Origin: a virus
Lineage: Duplodnaviria > Caudoviricetes
Strand: one strand, 5' to 3'
Virus record (IMG/VR): IMGVR_UViG_3300047409_000500
Location: 1-51,986 of that record
Length of the DNA stretch: 51,986 bases
Positions within the stretch are counted from its first letter, which is position 1. The number at the start of each line of letters is the position of its first letter. The notes under the pieces were generated by a model. It did not search any database and was not told where the DNA came from. It saw only the letters and a program-made list of their open reading frames with translations. The translations under genes were made by a program, and so were the position numbers. Positions 9,051-17,762 of the stretch are shown here, piece by piece.

Positions 9051-9256
9051 CTCACCTCCCCGAACGGAACGATAGTCAGGCGGTGCCCGTAGTGCGCTTC
9101 GAACATGCGGCAGCCGGGCTGGTGGATCCAATAGAACTGATCACACGAGCGGCAGTAATCATAAGCTGCGTGTTGGCCGCACTCTTCGCACGGGCGGTGG
9201 ATCACCGCCAAGCTGAGTAAGTCGCGGACCTGGGTGTCATCGAGAAACGGCATCAC
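9047..9256 (-). CDS. small Zn-finger protein
   Basis: CEEC...CRSC...H...C. Confidence 0.55.
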   Translation of the reverse strand: MMPFLDDTQVRDLLSLAVIHRPCEECGQHAAYDYCRSCDQFYWIHQPGCRMFEAHYGHRLTIVPFGEVR

Positions 9257-9894
9257 CCTAAATTCTCCGGGCGCAAATCGCCGTACATTTTCTGGCGTCC
9301 GGTGAAGTCATCGACGCCCGTTTCCATGACCGTGACTTCGCGGAAGGTGATCGTCCCGGCGTGCTCGTCGCGTTCGTAGAGTTGATTTAGCATCATGGTC
9401 CGCAGGGGCGTTTGCACCGTCACGATGAGCGCTTCGGAGCGAGTGACTAAGCCCTGGTCGACGGCGGGCTGGAAGCCGCGATGCCGGGTGGCCGCCTCAA
9501 ACTCTTCCCGTGGGATCGACAGCGCCTTCTCGGTGCTCTTGCCGAACCAGCCATCGGTGACGAAGACCACGGCTTGGATATTCTGCTCCTGCACGACTTC
9601 GCGGATCGCACCAAAGAGAACATCCTTGGCGCGCCCATCGTTCATGATTTGCGGGTTGGGAATGTCGAACCGCATCGGCGGCCCCTCGGCGCTGCGGAAT
9701 ACGAAGAACGGCGATACCCTCCTGGTTTCGACGAGATCACGTTTGCCAATCAACAGCGCATGGACCGCGAGGTCGCGCAGCCCGGCGGTGTGCTCCGTAG
9801 TGGCGTCGGTAAACTTCTCGCAGTGGCAATAGCGGCAGCGCGCGCCAGCGGCGTGAGCATCTTCGAGATGGGTACAAAAGCAGGGTCGTTTCAT
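9253..9894 (-). CDS. hypothetical protein with N-terminal Cys/His cluster
   Basis: CFCTH...H...CRYCHC. Confidence 0.6.
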   Translation of the reverse strand: MKRPCFCTHLEDAHAAGARCRYCHCEKFTDATTEHTAGLRDLAVHALLIGKRDLVETRRVSPFFVFRSAEGPPMRFDIPNPQIMNDGRAKDVLFGAIREVVQEQNIQAVVFVTDGWFGKSTEKALSIPREEFEAATRHRGFQPAVDQGLVTRSEALIVTVQTPLRTMMLNQLYERDEHAGTITFREVTVMETGVDDFTGRQKMYGDLRPENLG

Positions 9895-10238
9895 AGAGGC
9901 TCGTTCTGTTTCTTCGCTTGGCGCATTAGTCGCTCAATGGCAGCGGACGCTTTTGCTTTCATCGCTTCGTCGAAGCGTTCGCCTTCAATAACCACGTCGG
10001 CGATCTGGCGCAGGCGCGCCGAGATCCAGACGTTACTGCCTACGGCGACGATGACCAGCGGCTTATCGAGCAGCAGCGCCGCGCCGACCTCGATAGCCAG
10101 CTTGACATCGAACGTCCCATCGAGCAGCGCCATGCACATGAATGACGCCCTCAGTTTGGGAAGCCAATCCTCGCGCGCCCCATCGGCCAGTCCCCGGTAG
10201 AATTCTTCAAGCTCTTTGTCGGTGGGTTTGTCGCTCAT
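9891..10238 (-). CDS. hypothetical protein
   Basis: ATGA overlap; IEVGAALLLDKPLVIV is reminiscent of an NDT/TIR-like fold (weak). Confidence 0.55.
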   Translation of the reverse strand: MSDKPTDKELEEFYRGLADGAREDWLPKLRASFMCMALLDGTFDVKLAIEVGAALLLDKPLVIVAVGSNVWISARLRQIADVVIEGERFDEAMKAKASAAIERLMRQAKKQNEPL

Positions 10239-10396
10239 GATCCTGCCTTCGTTTCCGCCGCGTGCAGCACGGTAAACACCGCTCCGCATCGACATTCCCA
10301 ATGCATCAGAAGCCATACCTTGAAGCTGAATTCTCGATGGCAATAGGGGCAGGTAGCGCCTCCGTCAGCATCTGGATGGAGAATGCGTTCGCTCAC
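10235..10396 (-). CDS. small Zn-ribbon protein
   Basis: CPYC...CRCG. Confidence 0.5.
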   Translation of the reverse strand: MSERILHPDADGGATCPYCHREFSFKVWLLMHWECRCGAVFTVLHAAETKAGS

Positions 10397-11319
10397 AGCT
10401 TTACCTCGATCTCGCGGGCCGGGGCGCTCTTGCCCTTCGTGCCGCGCACCACACTCGGGGTCCACACCAGTTGATGGTATTTGCCGAAGAGCCCCGCGCC
10501 CTGGCGGTAATCGCGGAAATGCCCCCGGCAGATGTGCATGGCTTTCGCCAGCCCGACCTCGTGGGAGCGTCCCTGGTTGCGGAGGATCTGTTTGAGCGGT
10601 TCGATCACCAGCGTCTTATGGGCGGTAAGCCGCGCCCCGGGATGGCGTTGCTGGTAGCGCCGCGCCAGCTTGGGCGGCACCGGGTTATCGACCATCGTGA
10701 CGTTCTTGCAATGCAGGAACGAGATCGCCAGCAGCGCCGGATTAAACCACGCCATGACCTTCTTCATCATTTCGTTGTGCTCGTCGGCGGCATAGCTTTG
10801 CATCCACGGCCGCTCCAGCAATCGGCCCTCGGCGTCGATGCACATAAACACTGAGCCATGCGATCCATCCGCGGTGGCTTCCGGCTTGCCGTAATCGACG
10901 AAATGCTCACACCATAGAATCCACTTCGCCTCTTCGGGGATGTCCTCACCTATAGCGTCGCCGCGCTCAATGGCGACAAATAGCTGGCCGACCCGCCCGC
11001 CGCGCGGCAGGATGTCTGTGATATCGGAATCGCCGTCCTCGGAGCGGATCTTGCGGACGATTCGGTGCTCACACCAGAACATAGGAAATGGCGGGGCTAG
11101 ATTGGGGAAGTCGCGCCCGAGGTCCCAATTCTCCTGGTCGGTCCCGGCGTACATGTACTCGGCCACATTGTCGATGCAGATCACAGGCAGCGCCGGATCC
11201 GCCAGCAGCTGCAGGACCCGCATCGTGTGCGCCTTCCACGCTTCGATCTTGTCGCGGCGCACGAACCAGGGCATTTCCAAGCGCCCCTCGTTGCGGATGT
11301 CGTCAATAAGCCGGGGCAT
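10393..11319 (-). CDS. conserved phage hypothetical protein (HxxRGHxR motif)
   Basis: C-terminal HICRGHFRDY...VWTPSVVRG. Confidence 0.7.
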   Translation of the reverse strand: MPRLIDDIRNEGRLEMPWFVRRDKIEAWKAHTMRVLQLLADPALPVICIDNVAEYMYAGTDQENWDLGRDFPNLAPPFPMFWCEHRIVRKIRSEDGDSDITDILPRGGRVGQLFVAIERGDAIGEDIPEEAKWILWCEHFVDYGKPEATADGSHGSVFMCIDAEGRLLERPWMQSYAADEHNEMMKKVMAWFNPALLAISFLHCKNVTMVDNPVPPKLARRYQQRHPGARLTAHKTLVIEPLKQILRNQGRSHEVGLAKAMHICRGHFRDYRQGAGLFGKYHQLVWTPSVVRGTKGKSAPAREIEVKL

Positions 11320-11323
11320 GAGT

Positions 11324-11638
11324 CTACGCCGCTCCTTGTTTCATCGTGTGGACCTTGGCCCGCCGCCCGTGCAGGCGATAGGCCGCCGGATCGAAGTAAG
11401 CCGTAAGCGGGCGGCTCGGATGCAAGCGCCAGATTTCCGTCGATTGAAACTCCAGCCAAGCCTTCTGCCCGGCCTCGGTGATCAGGAAGCCGTGCTTGGG
11501 GTAGAAAGTAATCCACCCCCGCACGAGCATCGACCGGAAGGGGCGCTGGTCGTAGAGCCTCGCCGTCTCCACGCTCATGTAATTGCCCTCGCTGAATGTT
11601 TTGAATAGCGGGTACTGCCGATTGGAGAGGCGAGTCAT
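11324..11638 (-). CDS. hypothetical protein (possible winged helix)
   Basis: RGWI...FLITEAG pattern. Confidence 0.55.
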   Translation of the reverse strand: MTRLSNRQYPLFKTFSEGNYMSVETARLYDQRPFRSMLVRGWITFYPKHGFLITEAGQKAWLEFQSTEIWRLHPSRPLTAYFDPAAYRLHGRRAKVHTMKQGAA

Positions 11639-11640
11639 CG

Positions 11641-12000
11641 TTAGGCCGCTTCCAAGTGCTTCTTCCCTCTGCCCGCCGCCATGGCGGCGAGGCGCGCCTT
11701 ACGTTGGCGGGGTGACATTGCCGCCCAGGCGGTCTTTTGCGCGGTGCTAATCTTCTCGCCCTTGGTTTTAGCCGCCCGCGCCGCAACGCGCCGGGCCATT
11801 TCTTTTTTGCGCTCCCCGGGATCATCCGGCCAGCCGTACCGCGCCTTATCCCGGGGCGGACTCAACAGCGCGGCCATATTGCCCCGCATGAGATCCACCT
11901 GGCTCTGCAGAATCTCTAAAGCGAACTCCATCCCGGGCAGCAGTGCGGCCATTCCCATGGATGCGTATTTCTTAATTTCATCGTTGGACTCGATCTTCAT
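11641..12000 (-). CDS. basic hypothetical protein
   Basis: AGGAG RBS; K/R-rich C-terminus. Confidence 0.6.
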   Translation of the reverse strand: MKIESNDEIKKYASMGMAALLPGMEFALEILQSQVDLMRGNMAALLSPPRDKARYGWPDDPGERKKEMARRVAARAAKTKGEKISTAQKTAWAAMSPRQRKARLAAMAAGRGKKHLEAA

Positions 12001-12125
12001 CGTCTCTCCTAAACCATCCAGTAATTGGAGTGTTTTTTTGCGTTTATCTTACTCCAACATAGTAATAAAAGGAATAGGGGGATGTAGGGTACGTCACCAC
12101 GGTATATTTCACACATTTAATCGCG

Positions 12126-12488
12126 TTACATTCGACACTGACAGCGCGCCGCGCCGCTGGCTTCGTAGGGCGGCAGGCCCACCGGGCTCACGGTGCGATA
12201 GGTGATCACAAAGCCCGTGCCCTCGCAGTAAGGACAATCGGACTTGCCGACACTCGTTCGCACGCGCTGGCGTTTCTCCCCGGCCATACGGATTAGATCC
12301 GCGGGCGTTGGGCAAATGCTATGGGTATCCACCACGTCGCTGATGAGGCGATGCAGAAAATCGGCGTCCGTGTCCGAGATCCGGCGTAAAGCGTGGATCA
12401 GTTCCTGGCGGGCTTTGGGCATCGCCGGAAATTTCGATAGCCCGGTAAGGCGTTCTACCTGATCGTCATAGACCGAATCAGCTAGCAA
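12126..12488 (-). CDS. replication-associated protein (possible helicase loader/inhibitor-like) with Zn motif
   Basis: Follows the initiator gene; CPTPADL...CPYCEGTG...CQC; start uncertain. Confidence 0.5.
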   Translation of the reverse strand: MLADSVYDDQVERLTGLSKFPAMPKARQELIHALRRISDTDADFLHRLISDVVDTHSICPTPADLIRMAGEKRQRVRTSVGKSDCPYCEGTGFVITYRTVSPVGLPPYEASGAARCQCRM

Positions 12489-13452
12489 GCTCGGATTCCG
12501 CTTCGATTTTTTCACGCCAAGCCTCCACGGCATCGGGGTTCATGTATTCCCGCAGGGCGCTCCACATCCCGTTTTCCGCCAGCGTTCGGTAAAAAGATTC
12601 GTTTGATTCCTTCTGTTCGCGTTTCCGCTTCTCGATCCAGGTTTCGGATTGCACCTCTTTGCGGTCGGCGGGCGGGTGTTCCCAATCTCCGTCATGGAAC
12701 CAGCGCCAGAGTTGCGGAATGAAACGGCCCGGGCCATAGGCGGCCCAACGAGCCCGCCAGAGCCCATGGTTCAGCCGGATTACCTCTACGGTCCCGGCGA
12801 TGCCCTCGGGGCGCGTGGTGAGGAGCTTGCGGGCCTCGGCTACGGCTTTGGGCACGTTGCCCGGTTCGGGATGCTGCGGCATCAGTTCGGCCACCAGCAG
12901 CCCGGCCTCGGCCAGCCCCGCCACGGGCGCGGGGTGTTGGGGTTCGTTACACCCATCGAGAGTGGCCGCCGACGCCGCCTCTTCGGGCGAGGCAGACACA
13001 CGCGCGGCGGCGGCAGCCGCTCCCTCTGGTTCAATAACATCTGGTTCATATAAGGATGTAGCCGCTTCGAGGTGCCGCGTTTGGCACGAATGTGGGGCCG
13101 GATTTGGCACTTGCGCTTGGGCCACATTTGGCACGAATGAATCCTCGGCGGCGGACGCGGAAACGGGCATCTGCCACTGGTCTGGGGTGGCTATTTCGTA
13201 GCGGTTGCCCCAGAGGTTGCGGTGGGCGATGACCATCCCGGCCCGGTAGAGTTCGGCCAGGGCGCGTTTGATGGTGCGAAGGCTCTTGCCCAGGCGCTCG
13301 GCCAGGGTGGCGAGTTTGGGATTGCAAATCCCGGTCCTGCGGTTCTTGTAGGCCAGCAGCGCGCTGAAGAGACATTTTGCCAGAGCGCTGATGCCGGGCT
13401 TCCAGATCGCCGCGTCGGGGATGCACGTGAACGAGAAGGTTAACGTGGGCAT
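12478..13452 (-). CDS. HTH replication initiator protein
   Basis: N-terminal HTH_36-like ICNPKLATLAERLGKSLRTIKRALAELYRAG; internal iterons. Confidence 0.75.
   Translation of the reverse strand: MPTLTFSFTCIPDAAIWKPGISALAKCLFSALLAYKNRRTGICNPKLATLAERLGKSLRTIKRALAELYRAGMVIAHRNLWGNRYEIATPDQWQMPVSASAAEDSFVPNVAQAQVPNPAPHSCQTRHLEAATSLYEPDVIEPEGAAAAAARVSASPEEAASAATLDGCNEPQHPAPVAGLAEAGLLVAELMPQHPEPGNVPKAVAEARKLLTTRPEGIAGTVEVIRLNHGLWRARWAAYGPGRFIPQLWRWFHDGDWEHPPADRKEVQSETWIEKRKREQKESNESFYRTLAENGMWSALREYMNPDAVEAWREKIEAESELAS
13072..13139. repeat. putative replication origin iterons inside the initiator gene
   Basis: Minus strand GTGCCAAATGTGGCCC, GTGCCAAATCCGGCCC, GTGCCAAACGCGGCAC at 23-24 bp spacing. 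Confidence 0.6.
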
Positions 13453-13565
13453 TACCGTACCCCCTGATGTAAAACTGTGATCCAGCCGTCATTTCTGGCG
13501 GCGCGAGTTGCGGTACGATGATCTTGATTCATCGTTTTGGACCTTTCGGGCGCGCCGGGCTACAG

Positions 13566-13952
13566 CTAAAGCGGCGCGCCCCGTTTGTTTGCGGCCTCGT
13601 GTTGTCCGAGCCACGCATCGAGCGCCTCCACGGTGTCTACCACCGCGATGGCCAGACGGTAGCCCAAACGGATCTCTAGGATTTGTTGTTTCTGGTCGTC
13701 ACTGATCCCTTCGCCTGGGCGCTTCACTTCGAGAAGGAAGCCGGGGAAGGTCTGATGCAGACACGCATAGTCGGGCGTGCCCTTGGGGGCACCCGTAATC
13801 CATCGGTTCAAATCCGCGGTGCGGAACTTGCCGCAATGGTTGCGGCCAATCCAATACCCGCGATAGCGCAGCAGATCCAGACAGGCCCGCTCCACGTCGT
13901 TCTCTTTGAGGCGCGGCGGGGCGGTCAGCCGGAATGGGCGCTCTTTACTCAG
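13566..13952 (-). CDS. VRR-NUC domain nuclease (putative resolvase)
   Basis: ENDVE...GTPDY...LLEVKRPG...SDDQ PD-(D/E)xK pattern; start uncertain. Confidence 0.75.
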   Translation of the reverse strand: MSKERPFRLTAPPRLKENDVERACLDLLRYRGYWIGRNHCGKFRTADLNRWITGAPKGTPDYACLHQTFPGFLLEVKRPGEGISDDQKQQILEIRLGYRLAIAVVDTVEALDAWLGQHEAANKRGAPL

Positions 13953-14290
13953 AGCACCTCCCCGGCGGGCTTCATGAGGCCCGCGATCACCTCGGCGCAT
14001 TGCGGGCAGATCGCTCCCACCAGCCCCTCGCTGTAGGGAGCCCGGGATCGCCGGATTCCCCCCGCCAGCGGTTCCCCGCAGAAGGCCCGGTTAGGATCGC
14101 CGAATAATTCGATGTGCGGGTGGCGGTGTTCCTTCTGAGCGAGGCGTAGATCCAGGCGCCGATCCGCCACGCGAACCAGATAGGGCGGCTGTTCGGCCAG
14201 GATCGCGTTGCGGTTGAGGCGCTCCACACAGCCAGGACAAATGATGGTCGTGTAGGAAGCGCCGCAGCGCTTGCACGTCAGGGAAGGCAT
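13949..14290 (-). CDS. Cys-rich hypothetical protein
   Basis: CKRC, CPGC, CPQC. Confidence 0.55.
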   Translation of the reverse strand: MPSLTCKRCGASYTTIICPGCVERLNRNAILAEQPPYLVRVADRRLDLRLAQKEHRHPHIELFGDPNRAFCGEPLAGGIRRSRAPYSEGLVGAICPQCAEVIAGLMKPAGEVL

Positions 14291-14934
14291 AGCTCGAACC
14301 GCCGAATCTGGGCTTCGAATTCGCGCAGCGCGTCTTCACCTTCCTCGCGGGCCAGCTTCTCCAAGTGGGGCAGCCCCCCGGCCACGGAGAAGTTGATCTC
14401 GGCGCGGGTGGCCTTGCGCCCCTCGGCGAACCACAGCGTTTCGATCGGTTCGCCGACGCTGATCAGGGGCCGCCCGGTATCGTCGGGGAAGATTTCGAAA
14501 CTGCGCGTGACCCACAGCAAGGCGACCCCGGGGTTGCGGTGGATCGGGCACCCGGCCGCTTCGATGGTGCCGGCGGGGAGATTGCCTTCCCGGCGTTCCA
14601 TCTCGGGGCGGGTGAGAAACGGGCAATTGAGCATCGACCAAAGGGCGCAGGCGCGATGGTTCGGGGGTTCGCTGGTCGTGCGCGTGATCCCGCACATCGG
14701 CCCGAGCACGAAGGCCAGATTGGCTCCGAGCCTCTCGCCGCACGTCCAGCAGCGGCGCTCCTTGATTGCCCGGCGGAACTTCTCCCCATCGGCGGTGCGA
14801 AATTCCGGGTCGGCATCGGGGCCGTTCGGCCACGCTGCGAACCAGGGCACGGGGTATCCGCGAAACACCGGAAGCGATTTCAATTGGTCCGGTAGCGGGG
14901 TGAGATCGGGCCGCAAGGACTCGAGGGTCTTCAT
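14278..14934 (-). CDS. Cys/His-rich phage protein, paralog of 7089..7682
   Basis: RGYPVPW...CWTCG...GP...HRAC...CPFL. Confidence 0.65.
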   Translation of the reverse strand: MKTLESLRPDLTPLPDQLKSLPVFRGYPVPWFAAWPNGPDADPEFRTADGEKFRRAIKERRCWTCGERLGANLAFVLGPMCGITRTTSEPPNHRACALWSMLNCPFLTRPEMERREGNLPAGTIEAAGCPIHRNPGVALLWVTRSFEIFPDDTGRPLISVGEPIETLWFAEGRKATRAEINFSVAGGLPHLEKLAREEGEDALREFEAQIRRFELCLP

Positions 14935-15122
14935 CGCATCCCCCCAGTGAAGAGCGTTGTGCCCTCTGGGAAGGTAGGCAGCACGCCCGGCTCGTTGGGA
15001 TCCAGCAGCGGGCACCCGCAGGGGCAGGCGACCTTGATCACCCGGATTTTGTTCTTCTCCCCGTCAGCCCAGATCGGGTAGGCGATCCAGCCGTCGTCCT
15101 GGCAAACGCTACAGAGGATCAT
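14931..15122 (-). CDS. small Zn-binding protein
   Basis: CSVC...CPCG; GGAGG RBS. Confidence 0.5.
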   Translation of the reverse strand: MILCSVCQDDGWIAYPIWADGEKNKIRVIKVACPCGCPLLDPNEPGVLPTFPEGTTLFTGGMR

Positions 15123-15393
15123 AGCCGCCTCCGAACGCTTCCTCGGCAATGAGATCGCGCGCCCCGAGCTTCGCCTGCCCTGCGGGGTTATTGAGCGGGG
15201 TCTGGATCTCGGTATGCGGGTTCAGCCGGATCACCGCGTCCCAGAAGGCCCGCGCGGCTTCGTCGACCGTGAAGGCGGGGTTAACCTCGACCCGCCCGTC
15301 AAATCGAATGGTGACAATCGGGTCGCCGGAGGCCGCGCAAAGCGCCATGGACCCCGGGCCGTGGGGAAGGGCAATACGGAGGATATCCGTCAT
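15109..15393 (-). CDS. hypothetical protein
   Basis: ORF heading the leftward operon. Confidence 0.55.
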   Translation of the reverse strand: MTDILRIALPHGPGSMALCAASGDPIVTIRFDGRVEVNPAFTVDEAARAFWDAVIRLNPHTEIQTPLNNPAGQAKLGARDLIAEEAFGGGYDPL

Positions 15394-15399
15394 CGCGCC

Positions 15400-15605
15400 C
15401 CCCCGAATCCGTTGTACAAACTTGTACGACGGGTGGGTGATGTATGCCTTTTATGCCATTCTAACCTGTTGATACTACACGTAAACCGTTGATTCGATGT
15501 TGCTTCCAACGAAGCAACTCTACGTTTTGGCACCATGTTAAGTCTCCTATTTTCAATAGCCTGAAAAATACCGTACAAAATAACCGTACGGAATGAGGTA
15601 AACTG
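15400..15605. mobile_element. putative attP region
   Basis: AT-rich, directly upstream of the integrase; two exact IHF consensus sites (15462-15474 and 15482-15494, minus strand); ACCGTAC direct repeats near 15570-15590; inverted repeats. Confidence 0.6.
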
Positions 15606-15610
15606 GGGTC

Positions 15611-16873
15611 ATGAAACAAACCCGTTTGACCCGCCGTAAAGATGCGAACTACCTTTCGGCCTATCGCCGCCATGCCGACGGCTGCACCGAAACCAATGAT
15701 TTGAATTGCAGTTGCCCCCTTTGGGTTCAGGGCCGCCTCGCCGGGAAATACGTCCGCGAAAGCCTGAACACTCGATCCTATCCCATGGCGCAACAGCAGA
15801 TTAAAGACAAGCTGAACCCGCCCGGTCCCGGCGGTCCCGGCGGCGGCCCGCGCCCCGTGGAAATTACCAGCGGGGCCGTTACCCTGGAGGCCGCCGAAGC
15901 CGCCTTCCTGAAATACAAGGCTGACAAGTCCGCCAGCACCATCAAAGAATACAGCTACACGGTGAAGCACTTCCGGCGCTTCGCCGAGGCGCACGGTGTG
16001 ACCGATGTGCGCGCCGTGGCCCCGCCCTTGATCCAGCAGTATTTCCTGGAGTACGGCAACGCCTGGGGGCAGCGCACCAAAATTACCCGCGCTACCTACC
16101 TTCGCATCTGGTGCAAATTCTGGTGTGAGATGGATTGGATTACGGTTTCCCCGGCGGACAAGAAGCTCTTCAGCTTCGCCCGCCCCACGGTCCACGCCCG
16201 CGAACCCTTCAGCATTGACGAAATTAAGAAGATCATGGAGGCCGTCGAGCTTGTGCCCGAGAGTCTTCACCAGGGGCGTGGCGATTGGCGCGGCGAAACC
16301 ATGCCTCACAACCGGGACCGCACCCGCGCCCTGGTGCTGCTGCTGCTCTATAGCGGGATGCGAATTTCCGACGCCGCATTCCTGGAACGCGCCTCGATCA
16401 GCCGCGCGGGCATTCTCGATTACGTGGTGATCAAAACCCGCCGCCAGATTGGCCTGCCCATTCAACTCCACGCGGACGCCATCGCGGCGCTGGCGAAACT
16501 GCCCGGCACGGGTGATTTCTTTTTCCTGCCGCCGGGCGAGTACCGCGCGGCGCTTGACGCCCGCCACAAGGGCCAGCGCTTCGAGGCCAAGCTGCCCGCG
16601 GGATTTATGCGGCAGTCGGTAGCCACCACCGCAGCGCTTATCGAGCGCGTCCTGGAATTGGCGGGGCTGCCGGGGCGGTGTCACCGCTTCCGCGATACCT
16701 TCGCGGTCAACATGCTGGTCGGCGGCGCGGATATTTATACCGTGTCTCAGGCCCTCGGCCACGCCGATGTGAAAATTACGAGTCGCCATTATCTGAATTT
16801 GATTCCCGGCTACCGTGAACGCATGAGCCAATCCACGCGGGTTCTAAATTATCAGTTACCCAAGGCGGGGTAA
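15611..16873 (+). CDS. int: tyrosine integrase
   Basis: LLYSGMRISD (R), HRFRDTFA (HxxR), LGHADVKITSRHY (H, Y). Confidence 0.92.
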   Translation: MKQTRLTRRKDANYLSAYRRHADGCTETNDLNCSCPLWVQGRLAGKYVRESLNTRSYPMAQQQIKDKLNPPGPGGPGGGPRPVEITSGAVTLEAAEAAFLKYKADKSASTIKEYSYTVKHFRRFAEAHGVTDVRAVAPPLIQQYFLEYGNAWGQRTKITRATYLRIWCKFWCEMDWITVSPADKKLFSFARPTVHAREPFSIDEIKKIMEAVELVPESLHQGRGDWRGETMPHNRDRTRALVLLLLYSGMRISDAAFLERASISRAGILDYVVIKTRRQIGLPIQLHADAIAALAKLPGTGDFFFLPPGEYRAALDARHKGQRFEAKLPAGFMRQSVATTAALIERVLELAGLPGRCHRFRDTFAVNMLVGGADIYTVSQALGHADVKITSRHYLNLIPGYRERMSQSTRVLNYQLPKAG

Positions 16874-16888
16874 AGTAGGATCTTTCCG

Positions 16889-16919
16889 AAGGGGCGGCCT
16901 CCGGGTCGCCCCTTTTTTT
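16889..16919 (+). terminator. intrinsic terminator, possibly bidirectional
   Basis: AAGGGGCGGCC-TCCG-GGTCGCCCC followed by T7. Confidence 0.8.
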
Positions 16920-16920
16920 A

Positions 16921-17014
16921 ATCCTTGCGTCGTCCAGCCAGACCGAATCGTGCCAAACCATGCCACACCACACTAAGCCCAATCTAGCCTTGCCAAGTCC
17001 TACCGTGACCCGCC
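16921..17014 (-). ncRNA. stand-alone GG(Y)NN pentamer unit (array C), candidate guide RNA
   Basis: Minus strand ggcaa ggcta gattg ggctt agtgt ggtgt ggcat ggttt ggcac gattc ggtct, then an A-run and a hairpin. Confidence 0.6.
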
Positions 17015-17128
17015 TTTTTCCGTTTATGGGGGCCGCCATAGGCCCGCCGGGGGCGTAGGGGGGCGACGGTTCCCCCCTGCCACCCACGGAGGCCGCCACG
17101 GGGCGGAAACGGGCCGCCATGGGGCAAT

Positions 17129-17383
17129 TTATCGCCCCGTGCGGCGGTACGCATTCTGTTGATAAACCCGCCGCGCCACCGATTCAGGAATGCGCAGGGA
17201 CACATAGGCCCGCTTGCGATTCTTCGTCAGTTTGCCGACCCCGAATTTGATTACGCCCGGTTCGTTGGCAAACCACTTGCGCAGCATTCGGGTGGACATA
17301 TGCCACGCTTCGGCCAGCTGCGCAATCGTGTAATGTTGCTCCAGAAAATCGGGGCGGTCGGTTTCCATTGGTTCCGCCATCAT
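17129..17383 (-). CDS. excisionase-like HTH protein
   Basis: HYTIAQLAEAWHMSTRMLRKWF...LRIPESVARRVY; next to the integrase. Confidence 0.7.
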   Translation of the reverse strand: MMAEPMETDRPDFLEQHYTIAQLAEAWHMSTRMLRKWFANEPGVIKFGVGKLTKNRKRAYVSLRIPESVARRVYQQNAYRRTGR

Positions 17384-17646
17384 GATTGGTATCTCCTCCT
17401 TGCCTCGCCATCGGGATATTCCTGCAGCGTCACCCCGGCCCGGGCGAGGTCGTCTTCCAGCTGCGCTAGATTCTTCGGGAAGGTTTCGTTGTGATCGTGA
17501 TGCAGCACCCAACACAGGACGTCCAGGTTGTGCATCATCGTCGCCTGCGTGTTGGGATCCACGGTCTGCCCCGTGACGGGATCGAGCAGCACTAGGGACA
17601 ACAGATCGTGCGCCCGTTGGATCTCGGCCTCGGTGCGTATCGTCAT
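17380..17646 (-). CDS. hypothetical protein
   Basis: ATGA overlaps. Confidence 0.6.
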   Translation of the reverse strand: MTIRTEAEIQRAHDLLSLVLLDPVTGQTVDPNTQATMMHNLDVLCWVLHHDHNETFPKNLAQLEDDLARAGVTLQEYPDGEARRRYQS

Positions 17647-17762
17647 CGCTGCCCCCACCAGGGCTGCGCGTGGCGCTGGTCGTCGCGGCGGCGGCGCGAA
17701 GGCCGCCGGGCGAAGAAGACCAACACCAGGAAACTTCCGATTACAATCGCCGGCAGTAACAT
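17643..17762 (-). CDS. small membrane peptide
   Basis: TGATG overlap, AAGGAG RBS, one hydrophobic helix followed by basic residues. Confidence 0.5.
   Translation of the reverse strand: MLLPAIVIGSFLVLVFFARRPSRRRRDDQRHAQPWWGQR

Noticed and set aside
12020-12060. Self-target of array C in the AT-rich intergenic region
   Set aside because: Partial resemblance (GT..AT.TT AC TC) but inconsistent gap spacing
15480-15540. tRNA gene
   Set aside because: GGCACCA and a hairpin are present, but there is no cloverleaf or proper T-arm; no tRNA was seen anywhere in the window
15461-16831. 456-aa minus-strand ORF
   Set aside because: Antisense shadow of the integrase
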